DNA of 64,000 nucleotides from a virus. A program made the translations under genes and the position numbers. Within the stretch, counting starts at the first letter, position 1. Each line of letters opens with the position of its first letter. The stretch covers positions 7,673-71,672 of the IMG/VR virus record IMGVR_UViG_3300030102_007483; one strand, 5' to 3'. Below are positions 45,763-53,824 of this stretch, one piece after another. The notes below the pieces were generated by a model that worked only from the letters and a program-made list of their open reading frames with translations, was not told the origin of the DNA and made no database searches.

Positions 45763-46161
45763 ATGTTTAAGATGGAACCTGTTTCGTGGACGGTGATTGC
45801 TGTTGTAGCCTCTCTTGGTGTAGGTTTTGGTGCAGGTTGGGGTCTCAAGCCTGATGCGAGTGTGAAGGCCATAGAGGCTCAAACAGAGGCCATCGAGCAA
45901 CTTAATAATGGTAATCAGGCTCTGGTTGACAAGGTACAAAAGGTTGCATTGACGGAGGCCGAAAAAGAGGCTTCGATCGCCGACAAGTTGACCGACATCC
46001 CACCGCCCTGCATCAAGGAGATTGGAGGAAATCCAATGTCAATGCAATGCATGTGGGCATTGTGTATCCGAACAGGTGAAACAGATCGGCAACGATGTGA
46101 GCCCGCTAAGTTGACGGACCAACTGCTCAGTACTTATAGTTGTTCTGATACCCCTGACTAG
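45763..46161 (+). CDS. Membrane-anchored coiled-coil protein with Cys-rich tail (spanin-like, putative)
   Basis: N-terminal TM helix, coiled coil, five Cys; first gene of the lysis cluster. Confidence 0.45.
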   Translation: MFKMEPVSWTVIAVVASLGVGFGAGWGLKPDASVKAIEAQTEAIEQLNNGNQALVDKVQKVALTEAEKEASIADKLTDIPPPCIKEIGGNPMSMQCMWALCIRTGETDRQRCEPAKLTDQLLSTYSCSDTPD

Positions 46162-46171
46162 CGGAGTCGTC

Positions 46172-46468
46172 ATGGACCTCAAAGACTTTGTTGTACCAGC
46201 AGTAACAGTTGTTTTTGCTGCCGGTGTTTCTTTCGCTTCGTTTGAATCGTCCGCTCAAGAGGTGGAAGATATCGACGAGCGTCTCACCGTTCTCGAGTCT
46301 AACTTGGGCAAGCAAGAGGTGGTTGATGTCAAGATCGAGGGTATTGAAAAACGCCTTGATAAGATGGAAGATATTGTTCAGAAAATGCTGGATATTCAAC
46401 AGAAACAGGCCGTTAATATCGCGCAAATCTGCCAAGCAACAAACGCAAACTGCAGTAGTGGTAACTAA
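46172..46468 (+). CDS. Small TM plus coiled-coil protein (holin/antiholin-like)
   Basis: SD GGAG; single N-terminal TM helix; directly before the endolysin. Confidence 0.5.
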   Translation: MDLKDFVVPAVTVVFAAGVSFASFESSAQEVEDIDERLTVLESNLGKQEVVDVKIEGIEKRLDKMEDIVQKMLDIQQKQAVNIAQICQATNANCSSGN

Positions 46469-46469
46469 T

Positions 46470-47057
46470 ATGAGACCAGAAATTTTGGACCACTCCGCCT
46501 CTCTCGGACACACAGTATTCGAAAGTGGGCAGTATAACCTCAACATTATTGGTATTCGGAATGCTGATCATCAAGCAAATCGTTTCGATGACACTATTCA
46601 TTGCGTGTACAAAGACGAGAGTGGTGATTGGATCCACAAGTCATGGCCTTGTACAACGGAGCCGGGAAAGTATTGGCTTGAGAACCCCACCAATGTGAAT
46701 GGCACCGCAGTATTGGTTCCCGGACAGTACCGAAGCGTGTGGAAGATTGATAAGCATCAAGGCAAGTATTATGCCCTGTGTCAGCGCAATGGAACCGTGA
46801 AGGTGTATCGTGACGACAATCGGGATGAAATTATCGACTGTGACCCTGATTCAATCACTGAAGGCTTTTACGGCATTAACATTCACAAGGCCGGTACTCA
46901 ATCGACTCAAATCGATAGATGGTCTGCAGGGTGCCAAGTGTTCGCGAATGAATCAGATTTCGACGAGTTCATGGTTATTTGTGGCAAAGCTCGTGAGAAC
47001 TGGGGCAATGCCTTTTCATACACTTTGATTCTCGAACATGAGAAAGGTTCTGACTGA
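46470..47057 (+). CDS. Putative endolysin with an L,D-transpeptidase (YkuD)-like His/Cys catalytic motif
   Basis: NIIGIR..NRFDD, TTEPG, GTAVLVPGQY, VYRDDNRD, GINIH...WSAGCQV; flanked by TM genes. Confidence 0.7.
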   Translation: MRPEILDHSASLGHTVFESGQYNLNIIGIRNADHQANRFDDTIHCVYKDESGDWIHKSWPCTTEPGKYWLENPTNVNGTAVLVPGQYRSVWKIDKHQGKYYALCQRNGTVKVYRDDNRDEIIDCDPDSITEGFYGINIHKAGTQSTQIDRWSAGCQVFANESDFDEFMVICGKARENWGNAFSYTLILEHEKGSD

Positions 47058-47365
47058 TGGAAGCGTTGGTCGACTCACTATTAGCAGACGGCCATTTAGG
47101 AGTTTTTGCCGCGTTTCTGCTGTATCAATTTGTAATGATGCAGCGCCGTTTGGATAAACTAGTAAGCGGATTTCAAGAGCAAGTAGAGCAGATGAGGTCG
47201 GAGTATGATGAGCGATCAGAAAAGATGCGTGACAGATACGACAACGTCATCAAAGAATATCGTGACCGAGAAGATACTCAGTCCAAAGATTTTTTAATTA
47301 CGCGTACCAAAGTTCATAATGATATTGTCGCTAAGCTCGATCGAATACTGGATCGTGACAAGTAG
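47057..47365 (+). CDS. Holin-like protein (BhlA/UviB-like)
   Basis: One TM helix (LGVFAAFLLYQFV) followed by a charged coiled coil; TGATG coupling. Confidence 0.55.
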   Translation: MEALVDSLLADGHLGVFAAFLLYQFVMMQRRLDKLVSGFQEQVEQMRSEYDERSEKMRDRYDNVIKEYRDREDTQSKDFLITRTKVHNDIVAKLDRILDRDK

Positions 47366-47371
47366 GTCATT

Positions 47372-48010
47372 ATGGAATGTGTAGTAGAAGAAGGGTCTGA
47401 CTGTAAGCTTGATGTTGGATCACCAATTCGGATTTACGACAAGAAGCCTGTGCAAGAGGAGACAAAGCCCATGGCAAACGAAACGAAACAAGAAGCACCT
47501 CAGCCTGTCCCTGCACCAGCTAAGGCCCCTGACCCTGTTGCTGAGCCAGAACCAGAGGCTGTTGAGGCTGTGACTTCTCCGGCTGTTCCAGATCTTGTGG
47601 AGTCCGTGGGTGTAGCTCAAGACATCACAGCGGCTGCTGACGCAGCCAAGTCACTCGGAGGGGACTATGCCCCGATGGTGGCGATTGCTTTGGCTGGCAT
47701 GGCTGTTGCGGGCGGTTCGAAGGCATGGAGCTACTATCGTGATCGCGCTGAGCAGAAGCACGAACAAGAGATGCAGAAGCTCAAGATCGAAGCGCAGTCA
47801 CAAGGTATGGACGGTCAACAGCCTCCACCTTGCCAAGCAGCAAATCAAAAGCTGCAGGCTGAGTTGGACGAGATCAAGTCGAAGCTTAGTGCAGTGCAGA
47901 AAAAGACATCGATGATCTCGGCTGATTTTGATGGCGAAGATGTCGAGCGTCAGATCAAGCGTATGAAGAAGCGCATCGATGAGTTGTTTGAGATCACAGA
48001 CCAGAAATGA
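47372..48010 (+). CDS. Membrane protein with Pro-rich N-terminus and C-terminal coiled coil
   Basis: TM MVAIALAGMAVAGGSKAW; part of the lysis cluster. Confidence 0.6.
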   Translation: MECVVEEGSDCKLDVGSPIRIYDKKPVQEETKPMANETKQEAPQPVPAPAKAPDPVAEPEPEAVEAVTSPAVPDLVESVGVAQDITAAADAAKSLGGDYAPMVAIALAGMAVAGGSKAWSYYRDRAEQKHEQEMQKLKIEAQSQGMDGQQPPPCQAANQKLQAELDEIKSKLSAVQKKTSMISADFDGEDVERQIKRMKKRIDELFEITDQK

Positions 48011-48375
48011 TTGTAGCTGCGCTAGTATTCTTTGGGACTCTGGTGATACTCCCTGCGGGTATCAGCTTCGCTGTGGAGCGAGAGGGTAAGCAGAGGGCGC
48101 CCAAGCCAACACCCGTGGCAGTTGTGCCGGAACCAGAGCCCGAACCAATTCCTAAACCCGAGGTAGTGGTTGAGCCTGAACCAGAACTCGTACCGACTAC
48201 TGTTGTGACCATCGCACCGAAGTGTGACGACGAAGAATCCATCGTCCGGCTCCGCGCAGCCACATTTGACTTCTTGTCCCAAACGCCGGATCTTCCTCCG
48301 AACATTTCGTTTGATGTGATCGACTGCACTGAAGAGGGTATGGTTGATATCGAAATTATCGAGATACCGAAGTGA
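48007..48375 (+). CDS. Membrane-anchored Pro/Glu-rich protein
   Basis: ATGA overlap; N-terminal TM helix; two Cys. Confidence 0.6.
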   Translation: MIVAALVFFGTLVILPAGISFAVEREGKQRAPKPTPVAVVPEPEPEPIPKPEVVVEPEPELVPTTVVTIAPKCDDEESIVRLRAATFDFLSQTPDLPPNISFDVIDCTEEGMVDIEIIEIPK

Positions 48376-48380
48376 TGCTG

Positions 48381-48635
48381 TCATACTTCTGGTATGTCGT
48401 GATAAAAAAGGTCGGCAGCCCGGTCTAATAATTTTTCTGTAGCTTCGATTTCATCCTCAGATATGCCTGCTGCAAGCATCACGTTGCCGGAGTATAGACC
48501 GTATCCGCCCTCAATCTTGAGTATCGATAGACCCTCGAAACCAAGATCAGTCAGGGCAACGAGTAGCTGCTCTATGTTTTCAGACACCACCATCAAGGAG
48601 TCTATTAGTTCTGCCGTATCCATGCTCAGAACCAT
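48381..48635 (-). CDS. Hypothetical acidic protein
   Basis: ATG 1 nt after the XRE stop; converges on the end of the late operon. Confidence 0.6.
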   Translation of the reverse strand: MVLSMDTAELIDSLMVVSENIEQLLVALTDLGFEGLSILKIEGGYGLYSGNVMLAAGISEDEIEATEKLLDRAADLFYHDIPEV

Positions 48636-48636
48636 A

Positions 48637-48936
48637 TCATCTTCTTGACCATCGTCCCGGACCACTTCTGGCATCGATGCGGGCACGTTCACCTAGATCT
48701 ACAAGATGAGCTACCCAACTTTCATATCGAACAGGTTCGTTCTCACCTTTTTTGGGTGAAGAAGAAAATGCTTCGGCTAAGCCTTTGACGTGTCTCATAG
48801 TAGGTAATCTTGCACCTGATTCAATCCGACTCACTTCTGACTGACTCAATCCTGCAGATCGGGCAAGATCAGCAAGAGTCCATTGTCTCGACTCTCGCGA
48901 TTGACGCATAAATCTTGAAAAGGCACTATCAGGCAT
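48637..48936 (-). CDS. XRE/Cro-CI-type HTH transcriptional regulator
   Basis: MRQSRESRQWTLADLARSAGLSQSEVSRIESGARLP is an HTH_3 consensus; SD GGAG before ATG 48936. Confidence 0.9.
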   Translation of the reverse strand: MPDSAFSRFMRQSRESRQWTLADLARSAGLSQSEVSRIESGARLPTMRHVKGLAEAFSSSPKKGENEPVRYESWVAHLVDLGERARIDARSGPGRWSRR

Positions 48937-48957
48937 ATCAACTCCAGATGAACCACT

Positions 48958-49024
48958 ACGGTAGCCCATGTGTACTCATACGTCAACTTTAGGCCTTGAC
49001 ACCCTGTCACGATTAACATAAGCT
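48958..49024. promoter_or_regulatory. Back-to-back divergent sigma70 promoters
   Basis: Minus: TTGACG(48986-48981)-17-TACCGT. Plus: TTGACA(48996-49001)-17-TAAGCT. Confidence 0.75.
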
Positions 49025-49030
49025 CGTCCC

Positions 49031-50980
49031 ATGATTCAACAGCCTCACATAAGCTACATGATAGCCAACCCCGATAATCCTGATTTTTTGGAGCGCATCG
49101 AATCGTTGGTTCCGGGGTCACTTGTCTACGGTCGGGCATCAGGTGCTTACCGGCGAAGCAGGCTAAAAAACTGTGATCCGGATACTAAAAATAACTTGTC
49201 TATCTGTGAGATTTACGCACCTATCCACTGTGCTTGGCTGGTAGAAAGAATCTTGTGTCACAACAAGTTGAGTTTCTCTTCGATCGCTACATCGTATTCG
49301 GACAGGGTGATCACGGCTTGGTCAAACGAACCGATGAGGCGAGACTCTTTGGAGCGTCAAGGCAGATCGAGTTGCCGCAGATCTGTAGTTCGAGGTGAGC
49401 TTCGTCGAGACGTGCTAGACATCGCGACACCATATCAGTTTATGGGTGTTGAATGGTGTCGAACAAGACCTTGGGCAATGAACGTTTGGTCTTGCGGCTC
49501 GGGTAAAACACTGGGCGCTATCATGTCGGCTCTCTGTAGGAGCGAGTCAAAGGAGTCCGTTCTTGTCGTGTGCCCTGCAAAAGCCCGCCATGTTTGGTGG
49601 AGTCAGGTACAGGAGTATACTCACATCAAACCATTTAGAGTGAAACCTGCGTCGGAGAAAAGGAAGTCAGATCAGTCGTTCGACGAATACATGCGAGAGT
49701 GCAACATATTGAACGCCTACAACAAGGTGCCGTTTGTAATTGTTGGTGCTGAGTCTTTGCCTGACAACATGGATTTGATTCGAAAATTAGAACCTAAGAT
49801 TCTTATTCTAGATGAGATACATACTCATGGTAGTCGGAAGAGATGGACTGCAATTCATCAAGCCGATGGGTCTGTGTCCTTCAAACGAAAGAAGACTGCG
49901 GCAAGCAACAGAGCGAATTCAAAGGTAGACCGGGAGAATCGCGCGGTTGCTGCAATGGATCTTAGTCGGATGAAGAGTTTGAATCTTCGTATAGGTTTGA
50001 CAGCTACTCCATTGGATGACGGTCGTCCAAGAAGATTGTGGTCGCAGCTTGATCTGTTGTCACCGGGTGGATTTTCTCACAGCTACTCTAATTTTGCGCA
50101 TCGATACTGTTCTGCGAGACCGGGTCAGTTTGGTGGTTTAGACGATACCGGCAGTAGCAACCTCGAAGAGTTGAAAGCTCGATGCTCCTTTTTTGTCCAT
50201 GAGGTACCGTACTCGGAATCTCATGCATCACTACCTGATACTCGAGTTCAGGTCATGTATTTGAGTTCTTCGGAACTGAATCGTGCGGAGAGGTGGAGTG
50301 AAGATCAAACGTTTGGTCAAGCAACAAAGGATTTTGTACGAGAAGCAAAAACAAATCCTCTTGCCCGTGAGCGGGTTGTAGAGGCCCGTCTTTCAGAAGC
50401 GTGCAGTCGGAAACGTAAGTACGTGGTGGGTGAAGCCATCGAAGGTCTGAAGGGAGGGGGTAAGGTCGTCATCTTTACCGCTCGGAGGCGCGAGACAGAG
50501 CTTTGGGAGTATGATCTGCGTCGTGCTTTGAAGAAGGGTGATGAGGCCTTAGGCGAGGTCCCAGTTTGGATGGCACACGGGGGTGTGTCTGAGACTGAGA
50601 GAGATCAGATGATCGATGCCTTTAGGGAAGCCGATGGTCCATGTTGTCTAATCGCAACTGGCCAAAGTGTCGGTACAGGTGTCGACGGCATGCAGACTGC
50701 GGATCTCGCCATTTTTGCCATGCTTCCGTGGAAGCCCGGAGATTTTGTGCAATGGAAGGGTCGGTTTGATCGACTTGGGGGAAGCCCAACCTTGCTCAAA
50801 GTAGTCGTCGCGCAGGGCACCTATGACGAAAGAGTCGTAGAGATACTTGTTGAGAAGTTTGGTCCTATCGAATCATTTTTAAAGGCCGATGAACTCGATG
50901 GTCTGGGGCAGAAGCTTCTGGGAATGGAGAACGAAGAGGCACTTGTGAGCAGCATCATCAGCAAACTGGAGGTTGTGTAA
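49031..50980 (+). CDS. SNF2-family (SF2) helicase/ATPase
   Basis: CGSGKT, LVVCPA, LDEIH, LTATP, LWSQL, KVVIFT, GTGVDGMQ, QWKGRFDRLG. Confidence 0.92.
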   Translation: MIQQPHISYMIANPDNPDFLERIESLVPGSLVYGRASGAYRRSRLKNCDPDTKNNLSICEIYAPIHCAWLVERILCHNKLSFSSIATSYSDRVITAWSNEPMRRDSLERQGRSSCRRSVVRGELRRDVLDIATPYQFMGVEWCRTRPWAMNVWSCGSGKTLGAIMSALCRSESKESVLVVCPAKARHVWWSQVQEYTHIKPFRVKPASEKRKSDQSFDEYMRECNILNAYNKVPFVIVGAESLPDNMDLIRKLEPKILILDEIHTHGSRKRWTAIHQADGSVSFKRKKTAASNRANSKVDRENRAVAAMDLSRMKSLNLRIGLTATPLDDGRPRRLWSQLDLLSPGGFSHSYSNFAHRYCSARPGQFGGLDDTGSSNLEELKARCSFFVHEVPYSESHASLPDTRVQVMYLSSSELNRAERWSEDQTFGQATKDFVREAKTNPLARERVVEARLSEACSRKRKYVVGEAIEGLKGGGKVVIFTARRRETELWEYDLRRALKKGDEALGEVPVWMAHGGVSETERDQMIDAFREADGPCCLIATGQSVGTGVDGMQTADLAIFAMLPWKPGDFVQWKGRFDRLGGSPTLLKVVVAQGTYDERVVEILVEKFGPIESFLKADELDGLGQKLLGMENEEALVSSIISKLEVV

Positions 50981-51153
50981 TGGACTTGAGCGATGAACGA
51001 TTGCATCGAAGGCGGGTACCGTGGAAAGCTTTGACGAGAGAGGGGTACGAGCCGCGAAAGGTGATGCTCGAAGCCCAGAAACTCGGAATGTGGAAGCTTG
51101 CGACAAGCGCCAAACAAAGAATCGACAATGAGAAACGAGTTGTCAATAAATGA
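50980..51153 (+). CDS. Small hypothetical protein (57 aa, MDLSDERLHRRRVPW...)
   Basis: Not in the ORF track; SD GGAGG; TAATG and ATGA overlaps fill the gap exactly. Confidence 0.7.
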   Translation: MDLSDERLHRRRVPWKALTREGYEPRKVMLEAQKLGMWKLATSAKQRIDNEKRVVNK

Positions 51154-52136
51154 ATAAGATACTGATCGACGCGGGGAGAAGTAGTCGCGGGTGGTCACGG
51201 ATAGGATCATTCTTCCGTTGCCCCCAACTTTTTGCCTATCAAAACAGACTGAATATGAGTTTGATTCCTGCGAGCGCATTGACGCGTGGGAGTATGGGTC
51301 ATGTGATCCAAGCGCATCAGCATGCAATCTGGGGCGCTCGGACTGCATCTGGTGTTTGGGTGGACGAAACATGGTACGACGACCCCACTGTTTTTCTCGA
51401 TCCTGAAGATGCCGTACACCTTTGGTGCGATACCAACGGTGGGCATGAGCATCTTGATCGAATGGTCGAAACGTTTCATCAATATATGAGTCAGTACCCC
51501 GAGTGTCCCGGCGATGTGATTGCTGTAGAATATCCAATTACTGCAGTGTTGGGAACAAAGGATAATGAATGGGGATTGTGGGTTGTTCACAAAGATGATC
51601 AACATTTCGATCGTCGGGTGGCATATGTAAAAGCATTCGATGGCGGGAAGATCATACCTGCCCCCCTGAACTGTCCGGGTCACCCAGACTGCGGATCAGC
51701 TATCGTTTTGACTAGACGTCTCGATATGGTCATCAAAGACAGCTCTGGTCGGATATTTATATGGGATCACAAGCATCAGGCGAGGGTCGCTGTGAACGGA
51801 AGTGTTGATGGCTACGCCGCAGATGGTGGCTTTGCTGCCTTTAGAATCATGGGTAAACAACTTTACGGTAATGATTTCGGAGGGATTGCTCTCAACCTTA
51901 TTCAAACCCAGCAGCCATGGAAGGTAGCAAGACCTCTTGTTCCTTCGACACCTCACAGAGATAAGCATTTTGCCGACATGCTATGGAGAGCAGAGCATCA
52001 ACTGGCGAGGCTCGATTTGGAGCTACCTGAGTTCTGGAACTGGCCAAAAGTACAGCACGAGACTGCATGCGTCGGTAGATACGGTGCATGTGCCGGAATC
52101 AAAATGTGTTTCCATGGCGAAGCGGCCACAATCTGA
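51150..52136 (+). CDS. Cas4/AddB-like PD-(D/E)XK exonuclease with Fe-S staple
   Basis: CPQ, RGSMGH, VE, RLD, WDHK and C-terminal C-x6-C-x5-C. Confidence 0.85.
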   Translation: MNKILIDAGRSSRGWSRIGSFFRCPQLFAYQNRLNMSLIPASALTRGSMGHVIQAHQHAIWGARTASGVWVDETWYDDPTVFLDPEDAVHLWCDTNGGHEHLDRMVETFHQYMSQYPECPGDVIAVEYPITAVLGTKDNEWGLWVVHKDDQHFDRRVAYVKAFDGGKIIPAPLNCPGHPDCGSAIVLTRRLDMVIKDSSGRIFIWDHKHQARVAVNGSVDGYAADGGFAAFRIMGKQLYGNDFGGIALNLIQTQQPWKVARPLVPSTPHRDKHFADMLWRAEHQLARLDLELPEFWNWPKVQHETACVGRYGACAGIKMCFHGEAATI

Positions 52137-52199
52137 CCGAAAGTAATCGCCGAGACTTGATACTATTCAAACCCCAAAGCAACCAATATTGGAGAAACC

Positions 52200-53177
52200 A
52201 TGACCAGTGCAGAACTGCCTACCGTAATGATTACGGTTTACGGCAAACCAAAACAAAAGAAAACCAGTGACGCATTAGCGGCATTTCCTACCGCTCTTTT
52301 TTGTGGAGTTCCATCTGCAATTACACTTGTCGCACAGAATGAGTTGGGATTTACGCCTACGGTTCATCCGGATTCACCCAAGAACTTAAATGAGCTTGTG
52401 GGAATGTTGAGAATGATGGCCACTGATGGATCAGCAAAACCTTACGGTGCTGTTGTTGTAGATGATCTGAGTCATCTTTGTCAGAGGTCGATGCTTGAGT
52501 GGACCGAATCGGCACCTTCAGGTCGTAGCGGGAAAAAAGATCGGTTCTATCCATATCAGCAGTTGAATCAAATGCTGCTTGAGATTGCTCACATTTCGAG
52601 GCACTTGGGCGTTCACTTACTCATGAACTTCCATGAACGGACTCCCGGCACAAATGCTGAAGGTCGTTTTTGTCCGGGCGGCCCAGATGTGCCATCGCGT
52701 AATCAGATCGAAACACTGCCATCATGGTGTGACATAAACGTTCGGGCGATGGTTGATCCAAATTACCCGGATCCTTGGTTCCCCAGTATTTATTATTGCG
52801 ACCCGACAGACCCCGATTGGGTGACTGGAGACAGAACTGGAGTATGCACTAAGAAGACTCCCGGTAACATTCGAGAGATTTTGCGGGCAAGCGAGAGCAA
52901 CTATCACCTTGCTCGGTTGCCGGGTCTTGAATGGCAGGATGAGGTTGCTCAATCCGTAGCAGACGATATGGTAGGTGGTGCCGCAGTTCAGGATGCAATC
53001 CAGTCTGCGGTGTCAGGTCGGACTGACAACCCTCTACACCTCAGATGGGCGTGCCAAGATGGCATCGCTCGTGGTGTCTTGTTGCAGCAGGCGAAAACGT
53101 CACTGTTTGATTTCGAGATCAAAGAAACCAAGACAGCAAACTCTCCGTCTATGCCACCTCCACCACCTAACAAATAG
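52200..53177 (+). CDS. Sak4-like (AAA_24) recombination ATPase
   Basis: ITVYGKPKQKKT (deviant P-loop), VVVDDLS, FHER, WCD; lies between the nuclease and SSB. Confidence 0.75.
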   Translation: MTSAELPTVMITVYGKPKQKKTSDALAAFPTALFCGVPSAITLVAQNELGFTPTVHPDSPKNLNELVGMLRMMATDGSAKPYGAVVVDDLSHLCQRSMLEWTESAPSGRSGKKDRFYPYQQLNQMLLEIAHISRHLGVHLLMNFHERTPGTNAEGRFCPGGPDVPSRNQIETLPSWCDINVRAMVDPNYPDPWFPSIYYCDPTDPDWVTGDRTGVCTKKTPGNIREILRASESNYHLARLPGLEWQDEVAQSVADDMVGGAAVQDAIQSAVSGRTDNPLHLRWACQDGIARGVLLQQAKTSLFDFEIKETKTANSPSMPPPPPNK

Positions 53178-53224
53178 TTTCAACCCCCCGGTCATAAGAC
53201 CACAACCCAAAAAAGGAGCCATTC

Positions 53225-53821
53225 ATGGGCATCAAAATTTCTGGTAACGCATTTCAAGGTATTAGTTCGTTGGGATCTGCCGTCCCTAACGCGGGCTTTT
53301 ATCCTGTCTCAATCGTACGTATTGAGACTGGAGCAAACGACAAACCCGGAACTCGGAGGTTTCACGTCCAGTTCGATAATGGGTTCAAGATGTTTACGTT
53401 TGTGAGCCTGCCATACGACAACAGCGGCAACCTACTGCCGGGCCTCAGTGACAAGCAGGTACGTGGTCGAATGGCCGCTCTTCGAACTATTCTCGAGTCT
53501 CTTGGTTACACAAAAGAAAATATCGAGACTGCAGATGAGATCAATGATGCATGGTTCTTGGGAACTATGAACAATGGTCGAGTAGCATACGTTGAGTTTG
53601 AGCCGGGTCAGAAAGGAGTTGCAGGGTCATACAACGAGATCAAACGATTCCTTACTAAAGAACAATTCGAAGCTTTGAGTGAAGTAAGCAACGAAAAACC
53701 TGTAGAGACCGTGGATCAGAAACAAGCCGCGCCCGAACCGACAACTAATGGTGCCCCAGTACCTCCGTCTGGAGTGTCTTTGCCGCCGCCTGTTAGTGCT
53801 GCCCAGAACATCGTGGGCTGA
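53225..53821 (+). CDS. Single-stranded DNA-binding protein (DUF669-like OB fold, putative)
   Basis: VPNAGFYPVSI...YNEIKRF plus a flexible tail; follows Sak4; SD AAGGAG. Confidence 0.7.
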   Translation: MGIKISGNAFQGISSLGSAVPNAGFYPVSIVRIETGANDKPGTRRFHVQFDNGFKMFTFVSLPYDNSGNLLPGLSDKQVRGRMAALRTILESLGYTKENIETADEINDAWFLGTMNNGRVAYVEFEPGQKGVAGSYNEIKRFLTKEQFEALSEVSNEKPVETVDQKQAAPEPTTNGAPVPPSGVSLPPPVSAAQNIVG

Positions 53822-53824
53822 TTA

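Noticed and set aside
50821-51683. Minus-strand ORFs of 238 aa and 158 aa
   Set aside because: The plus strand is fully tiled by coupled genes, including the 57 aa ORF at 50980.
51150-52136. Cas4-like gene as evidence of CRISPR-Cas
   Set aside because: It sits in the usual phage exonuclease-Sak4-SSB recombination module.
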